Source: an uncultured Trueperaceae bacterium (GTDB lineage: Bacteria > Deinococcota > Deinococci > Deinococcales > Trueperaceae). Taken from it: a stretch of DNA of 64,000 bases. Positions 58,263 through 64,000 of this stretch are shown piece by piece. The stretch's first letter is position 1, and each line of letters starts with the position of its first letter. The stretch lies in the NCBI GenBank assembly GCA_963799485.1, contig CAWCXJ010000013.1:128001-192000 (forward strand). The letters run 5' to 3'. Position numbers and translations under genes: made by a program. The notes beneath the pieces are model-generated. The model saw only the letters and a program-made list of their open reading frames with translations, did no database searches and had not been told where the DNA came from.

Positions 58263-59756
58263 TCAGCGGCAATATGTGCTTAGCGTATTCTCTAACGTGA
58301 TGTTCAGGCCGGAGGCAGGCAGCGCCGTCGGCGTCGGGTCGGTCTTAAAAAACGCCATCGGTGAGGTGACGCTCGGTGGGACGCGGGCGCAGCGCGGAGC
58401 CGGTAGGGTAAAGTCGAGCGCCGTAAACACGCTTAGCACAGGAGCCGCGAACGAGGTTCCGGCAATGCTGATTTGCGGATAGACACGCCAGCCGTCTATG
58501 CGTGGGTCGTAAGCCGTAAGTCTGAAGTAGCCACCGGGCAAGATGATTTCTCCTGTGTTCGAGTATTCGTCAGGAACGGCAGATGCAGAAGCTAGATTGT
58601 GTGCGCTGACGCTGACGAACTCCGACCAATAGCCCGGATAGAGTGAATACGGCAGCGCGTAGTTCCCCGAAGCTGCCAGATAGGTGATGTCGGCATCCCC
58701 AGAGTCGGTCGTACCTTTTAGCAACGGGTCGGTTTCTTCGTTTATGGGCGTTGTTAAGATGCTGGTCAACTGCTCTCTAAACTCAGCCGGGTCGAGACCA
58801 CTCTTGTCTCTGTTCTCCTCAAATATCGCATCTCGGTATTCCTCAAAAGTCAGGTCCAACTGATTTTCGTCTTTGTCACCTGATGCAGCCCTAAAGTCGG
58901 TACGCACGCTGCACGGCACGAGCCCAAAACTCAGGTTTACGGCAAAGCGCTTGACATCTTGTTCCACCAGTTTTCGGATAGTCGCCTGAAGCCGTTCACC
59001 AATAATGCCGGTGTTAAAGTTCTGTGTATCGAGCGCAACAACGACCACATTCAGCTTTGTAAAGTCAGCAATAGGGACACGGATAATCTCTTCGCTGTCA
59101 GAAACAGAGACCTCGAGGCTCCCGAATTTAGGGTGGGCATCTTCAGCAGCTAGAAGCGCGAGCGTGTGGTTAAAAACGAGTGCGCCGTGTGAGTATTGAC
59201 CTGTAGCCTCGAGCCCCTCCGCCTCCGCTTCGGTTGCGCCGCTCATGAGGCCAGCTAAGGTCGGACCGCGTTGCTGGTCGAGAAAGTACACACCCGGTTT
59301 GCCGAGTCGGGTATCTCCGCCAAAGTTGTCAAAGACGATAATCGCAGCACGTTCGTCGAAGCCGGGCTTGGCTGCGGCGAACATTTGTGTCCCGATTGCG
59401 AAAGGGTTGCCACGTAGGATTGATACCCCGGTTTTATCTACGGGGTTAGGAAATACCGCTAAACCACCGATAGAGCCTGCGGCGTGAGCGCCTTGCCCTA
59501 CAATTTCCTTTCCATTGACCGGACAGTTGCCCTCCTTTGCTCTGATAAGCCCTTCGCCGCTAATCGGAGAGGTCAATATGTCAGGGTTGAACTCTATAGC
59601 TGGACGGATACCTTGAGTTGGTATCTCCTGCTGCGGCTTAGCTTCAGTACTTTCTGCTAAACGGGTTTCCTGAGCTGGCGTTCGCGGTTGAGAACCTGGA
59701 ATACAGCCGACAAGGGTTGCGAGTAAAATGACTTCTAGCCATACAGTTCGTTTCAT
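58263..59756 (-). CDS. Lipoprotein with a divergent S8 (subtilisin-like) peptidase domain
   Basis: RBS GGGAGG; lipobox LVGC at Cys18; IIVFD, SHGALV, AASGN, GTSFAAP. Confidence 0.8.
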   Translation of the reverse strand: MKRTVWLEVILLATLVGCIPGSQPRTPAQETRLAESTEAKPQQEIPTQGIRPAIEFNPDILTSPISGEGLIRAKEGNCPVNGKEIVGQGAHAAGSIGGLAVFPNPVDKTGVSILRGNPFAIGTQMFAAAKPGFDERAAIIVFDNFGGDTRLGKPGVYFLDQQRGPTLAGLMSGATEAEAEGLEATGQYSHGALVFNHTLALLAAEDAHPKFGSLEVSVSDSEEIIRVPIADFTKLNVVVVALDTQNFNTGIIGERLQATIRKLVEQDVKRFAVNLSFGLVPCSVRTDFRAASGDKDENQLDLTFEEYRDAIFEENRDKSGLDPAEFREQLTSILTTPINEETDPLLKGTTDSGDADITYLAASGNYALPYSLYPGYWSEFVSVSAHNLASASAVPDEYSNTGEIILPGGYFRLTAYDPRIDGWRVYPQISIAGTSFAAPVLSVFTALDFTLPAPRCARVPPSVTSPMAFFKTDPTPTALPASGLNITLENTLSTYCR

Positions 59757-59793
59757 CTTTCCTCCCACTCAACGCTAATAACCTACCGTCAAC

Positions 59794-62373
59794 TCAGTGT
59801 GAACTTTTTTCGCCGTTAAGTTCAAACAAAATTTGCTGCACTGCATCTACTCTTGCTTGAGCGTTGTTTTCTTCGTAAAGTTCTAGTGCTTCGCGCAAAT
59901 AACCCTCTGCCTCTTGCTGTTTCCTCGCATCTGCGTACATCTCTCCTAGTTCGTGCAAAGCATAGGCGCGCCAAAGCTGGTTGTCCCTAGAGGTCGCAAT
60001 CTCGAGGGCTTGCAATCTCAAAGCGACAGCTTCTTGAAAATGTCCTAGTTTTCGCTTGGCCTCGCCTAAGTTCAATAACGCATGAAATGATATATTATCT
60101 GCTCCTGTTTGGTCAGTTTCGAGCATCTGTCTGAGTTTAATTGCTAGTTCGACAGTTTCTTGACTAAACCGCTCCATTGCTCTCCAATTTTTTCCTGACC
60201 AAGCGACGTAACTGCGATGTTGCAAAATAAATCCCAACATAAGGTCATCGTCTGCCTGTCTAGCGATTTGATAGGCACGCTCAAAATCCCGTTCGGATGA
60301 TTGTCCAAGATGGTGGCGTGTAATTGCACAGAGACTCGTCAGCGTAGCCTCTCTTGATGGATTACGAATAAGTCTTGCCAAACGCGCACCTTCCTGATAA
60401 GCAGCTAAGGCTTTGTCGTATTGGTGATACAGAACACGGTGGGCATCTCCCAACCTTCCTGCAAGGTAGTGCGCCCGCTCGAGCATCCCCAACTCTTTGG
60501 CCCAAGCAAGGGCCACTTCTAACAACTTCAGCGAACGCGGCGAATGTCCCCTTGCCGAAAAGTAGGCGTCACCAATGACCAGCTGTGCCATCACCTCGAC
60601 CAAAACTTTACGCTGACCCTGGTCACGGGCGGTCTCTAACGCGCCCACAAGGTTGGGCATCTCTGCGCCCAACAGCTCGAAGGTGTGGACGTTCTCCGAG
60701 ACGAATGTCCGGCACGCCCGCAAGACGCTTCCGGCGCGGAGGGTGCTGTTATGACGCGCGAAGCTGTAAGCGAGGTCGTGCAGCAGGTAGCGCACCACGT
60801 CGCTGCCGGGACTCGTGCGGCGTTCGGCGAGGGCTTGGGTCTGGAGTTCGTTCAGGGCGGTTTCGGTCTCGCCTGTGTCCCGGCGGAGGCAGAGGGCGAG
60901 AAACTCGGGCGTGACGGCGCTCGAGCCCAATGCCCCGACCGCTAAAAAGGCGTCGTAAGCAGCGTCTGAGAGGGTCTCCAAGCTGGCGGCTAACAGGGCG
61001 CTGATACTCTCGCGCTCTTCGTCGCGCCAGCTTTTGGGGGCCGCGAGGGTGTGAGGCGCACCGGCAAGTCGCGCCAGCACGTTTTGCGGCGTTGCCCCGC
61101 CCCGGAGCTGGGTTCCGGCAAGCCTCAGCGCGAACGGGTGGTCGCTCAGGACGTGGCAGAGTTCGTCGGCGCTCGCTTCGGGTAGTGTGGTTTCAGCGGT
61201 GGCGTCCAGAAGTTTGCGGGCATCATCACGTGCCAAGCCGCCGAGTTCGGCGCGGGTGAACCCGGAGAGGCGTTGTCTCGAGGTTGCCAGAACCGGCAAC
61301 CCTCCAGGGAGTGCGGTGCAGAGTGCGCCGACTGCCTGCTTGTTCCATACGTCATCGATGACAAGAAGAGCCGTGCGGCCTAGAGCCGTCGTCAATTCTT
61401 TCGGGCCGCTTCCGGAAACGCCCAAAGCTTGCCGCGCCGCGTCCAACAGTTCAGCCTCGCTGCTCCGGCCCGCGTGGAGCCACAGCACGTCACCGGTATC
61501 TAAAGTGCGTGCGGCAAATTCAGCCGCCAGCGCGGTTTTGCCGACGCCGCCAAACCCGTGCAATACGGTAGGTTTCTGCTTGACCTCAGCCTCGAGCTTT
61601 TCCAACGCTGCCCCCCGACCGATAAGCTCCGCCGCGCGGCCCGGTACGGTGTCGCCGGGATGAAACAGGGTACCCTGTGCGGTTGCGCCTTCTGCGCCGA
61701 CGAGTTCCGCACGGAGTTTGCGGGTTTCGGCTGAGGGTTCGCCGCCGAGTTCGGTGAGAGCGGCAGTAAGCCGCTCAAATGCCCCGCGCACACCCTCGGC
61801 GTCGCCGCTTTCGTGTTCCAGACGCATCAAAAGCCGGTAGACGGGTTCATAGCTGGGCTCGAGGCCAATCAGTCTACGCGTCGTTTGTTTTGCTTTTGAA
61901 AGCTGACCTTCATCGCGAAAATGTTGGGCCACACCCCAGAGTGCCCGACTGACTAGCTCGGCGGTCTCTTGCCGCGCCTCCCCCAACCACTCGTCAAAGG
62001 CGAGCGTTGGCGTTTTGAGGCTGTGAAGCAGTACCAGGTCATCGTTTTCTAAGGGTAGTACGTCCTCAAAGTCCGCTTTTTCGACGGCGTTTCGCAGCGC
62101 TTCAACGTCGTTCGTCGCTGTTAAGCTGACGGGTTCGTCATCGTGCAGCCAACTGTCAGCGCCCGGTAGCTGCCGGATTTTGTAGAGCGCAGTGCGTAAA
62201 TTCGCACTTTTGCCCGGCCCCCATAAAAGTTCGGCGAGGTCGTCGCGGGGCGTTGCACCGGCCAGGGCGAGGTAGGCGACGAGCGCGCAGTGGCGTGGTT
62301 GCAACGTCAAAGGCTGCCCCCGCCAATGGACTTTAGGGACGCCTAAAAGGGTCAGCTCGAGCTTGCCTTGCAC
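59794..62373 (-). CDS. SARP/AfsR-like regulator with wHTH-BTAD, NB-ARC (STAND) and TPR domains
   Basis: LTLLGVP...LVAYLAL...RDDLAELLW; EPSYEPVYRLLM; Walker A GFGGVGKT; Walker B LLVIDDVW; TSR; HPFAL; LLHDL; TPR-like C-terminus. Confidence 0.9.
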   Translation of the reverse strand: MQGKLELTLLGVPKVHWRGQPLTLQPRHCALVAYLALAGATPRDDLAELLWGPGKSANLRTALYKIRQLPGADSWLHDDEPVSLTATNDVEALRNAVEKADFEDVLPLENDDLVLLHSLKTPTLAFDEWLGEARQETAELVSRALWGVAQHFRDEGQLSKAKQTTRRLIGLEPSYEPVYRLLMRLEHESGDAEGVRGAFERLTAALTELGGEPSAETRKLRAELVGAEGATAQGTLFHPGDTVPGRAAELIGRGAALEKLEAEVKQKPTVLHGFGGVGKTALAAEFAARTLDTGDVLWLHAGRSSEAELLDAARQALGVSGSGPKELTTALGRTALLVIDDVWNKQAVGALCTALPGGLPVLATSRQRLSGFTRAELGGLARDDARKLLDATAETTLPEASADELCHVLSDHPFALRLAGTQLRGGATPQNVLARLAGAPHTLAAPKSWRDEERESISALLAASLETLSDAAYDAFLAVGALGSSAVTPEFLALCLRRDTGETETALNELQTQALAERRTSPGSDVVRYLLHDLAYSFARHNSTLRAGSVLRACRTFVSENVHTFELLGAEMPNLVGALETARDQGQRKVLVEVMAQLVIGDAYFSARGHSPRSLKLLEVALAWAKELGMLERAHYLAGRLGDAHRVLYHQYDKALAAYQEGARLARLIRNPSREATLTSLCAITRHHLGQSSERDFERAYQIARQADDDLMLGFILQHRSYVAWSGKNWRAMERFSQETVELAIKLRQMLETDQTGADNISFHALLNLGEAKRKLGHFQEAVALRLQALEIATSRDNQLWRAYALHELGEMYADARKQQEAEGYLREALELYEENNAQARVDAVQQILFELNGEKSSH

Positions 62374-62505
62374 ACCCTATTATCATGAAAATGTCACATT
62401 TGTCCAGGCTTGGCTATAGGTGCCGGCAAATCTCTATGACGATTTTATGACAGTAAAGCGCCGTGAGCGCTTCGGAGCGCTTGAACGAGTCGGCAAGCTA
62501 AAGCT

Positions 62506-63492
62506 CTAGGGTCGTACCGATAGCTGGGCTGCGATAATGTCGTCCATCAGCCGGTCGAGCTCGGTATCGACGACCTGACGAGCCGGGTCGGCGTCGAACC
62601 AGGTCATGATTTCCTCGGCACCACGGGCAAAGGGGATGGTCGCGACGTAACCGGGTACGGTGCGTTTAAGTTTGCTGTTGTCGAATACCATACTGTGCGC
62701 CTTGTCGCCTAAGAGCCCCGCCCCCCAGCTTTCGTCGTAAGCGGCGATGACCTCCGAGGGGACGTGGACAAGCTGCGCGGTCGTCCCCGCTGCGTGGGCG
62801 ACCGTTGCAAAAATCTGGTTCCAGGTCAATATTTCGTCAGAAGTAATCTGAAAGGCGTCGCCGAGGGTGTGAGGATTGCCCAAGAGACCGACAAACCCTG
62901 CCGCAAAGTCGCGGTGGTGGGTCAGTACCCAGAGCGAAGTGCCGTCGCCGTGAACGATAACCGGCTTACCGCGGCGCATCCGGTCGACGACCGTATAACC
63001 GCCGTCCATCGGCAAAAGCGTCTGATCGTAGGTATGCGAAGGTCTCACAATCGTGACCGGAAAGCCCTCGTCGCGGTAGGCCCGCAAAAGCCGGTCTTCA
63101 CAGGCGATCTTGTCGCGAGAGTACTGCCAGTAGGGATTGCGGAGCGGGGTGGACTCGAGGATCGGCAGCTTTAGCGGCGGCGTCTGATACGCCGAGGCCG
63201 AGCTGATAAAGACGTACTGCCGGGTTCGGTTTCTGAACAACTCTAGGTCGGTCTCGGCGTGTTCAGGGGTAAACGCCACCCAGTTCACCACGGCGTCGAA
63301 GCTCAGGTCACCGAGTGCGGCGGTTGCCGAGTCCCGGTTACGAATATCACCCTGAAGGACGCGGGCACCCTCGGGGACGGGCCTTAAGCTGTGACCCCGG
63401 CTCAGCAGATACAGCTCGACCCCGCGCTGCACTGCCAGCTGTGCACAGGCCGAACTGATAATGCCGGTGCCGCCGATAAACAAGACCTTCAT
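62506..63492 (-). CDS. NAD-dependent epimerase/dehydratase (extended SDR)
   Basis: MKVLFIGGTGIIS, FISSAS, YSRDK, RPSHTY, HGDG. Confidence 0.9.
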   Translation of the reverse strand: MKVLFIGGTGIISSACAQLAVQRGVELYLLSRGHSLRPVPEGARVLQGDIRNRDSATAALGDLSFDAVVNWVAFTPEHAETDLELFRNRTRQYVFISSASAYQTPPLKLPILESTPLRNPYWQYSRDKIACEDRLLRAYRDEGFPVTIVRPSHTYDQTLLPMDGGYTVVDRMRRGKPVIVHGDGTSLWVLTHHRDFAAGFVGLLGNPHTLGDAFQITSDEILTWNQIFATVAHAAGTTAQLVHVPSEVIAAYDESWGAGLLGDKAHSMVFDNSKLKRTVPGYVATIPFARGAEEIMTWFDADPARQVVDTELDRLMDDIIAAQLSVRP

Positions 63493-63769
63493 TGCCGGAC
63501 TACGCCGACTTCTGGGTTGGGCATACAAGTCTCCATCTTCAGAAAGTGTGTGAGGCGGGAAAACGTGTGGGTTGCGGTGATAGCTGTCTTACATTACCAC
63601 TGCGAGGACGCGAGGGGAGTGGCTGTCGGCGAACGAAGGTGAACAAATTTGACCGACTTAAGGTTCGCTTAAGCTCTGCCGTTTAGACTTCTCACATTAA
63701 ACGTCGCGCGTCTAAGGAGGCTGCCGTGAACCGTTATTCCTTTTACTTTTCCGCCGGCTCGAGTTCGCT

Positions 63770-64000
63770 ATGACGGCCCTTTTCCCGGATGTACCCGTGA
63801 TCATCGTCGTGCTCCATTTTGCTGCGCTGACAGCTCTACTCGGCTACGGTGCCGTCACGCAGTTGCGGCGTCTGCTTGTCCTCAGGCAGAGCCGACCGCA
63901 AACCCGGCAGCAGCGCCGCCGGCTGCTGCGTACAGGCCCGTTTCGCCCGCCGCAATTATTCGGCCCAGACAGGTCTTACGCGGCTAAACGAGACAGCGTC
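63770..64000 (+). CDS. Possible small membrane protein running off the window edge
   Basis: MTALFPDVPVIIVVLHFAALTALLGYGAV followed by an Arg-rich tail; ATG overlaps the stop of a 15-codon upstream ORF. Confidence 0.4.
   Translation, partial: MTALFPDVPVIIVVLHFAALTALLGYGAVTQLRRLLVLRQSRPQTRQQRRRLLRTGPFRPPQLFGPDRSYAAKRDSV

Noticed and set aside
59794..62373. Avs-type antiphage STAND defence protein
   Set aside because: The N-terminus is a SARP wHTH-BTAD transcriptional module rather than a nuclease or other effector, and the partner protease is an exported lipoprotein.

Overview
A 64-kb bacterial chromosomal window of about 62% GC (by eye). The organism is most likely Deinococcota, Truepera/Meiothermus-like; this is inferred from protein types and a strong CTCGAG excess, not confirmed by a search. 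In order it holds: a proW/proX deletion scar; GNAT and GntR genes with a divergent livKHMGF-type ABC operon; a DppA/DmpA peptidase pair with an orphan peptide-binding protein; AKR, GlcG, S9 peptidase, GT4, yjbQ, coaA and xdhABC; a PASTA protein, an acyltransferase and ilvE; a Cys-less AhpD-like gene beside a degenerate GGDEF-atypical REC-LuxR fusion; and an aminotransferase. A large hexuronate/pectin region (about 33.5-57.4 kb) follows, with uxaC, gntK, a PRTase, a LarA-family epimerase, uxuB, uxaE, two LacI regulators with visible operators, TRAP and ABC uptake systems, five Gfo/Idh/MocA oxidoreductases and several recent pseudogenes, including an oligogalacturonate lyase remnant missing from the ORF track. 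Near the end is a BTAD-NB-ARC-TPR regulator whose C-terminal part and downstream S8-like lipoprotein are clearly lower in GC. No rRNA, tRNA, CRISPR array or transposase was recognised. The best candidates for undescribed systems are the AhpD-like/GGDEF-REC-LuxR module, the STAND regulator with its S8 lipoprotein, and a hexuronate-to-gluconate route carrying an unexplained PRTase.
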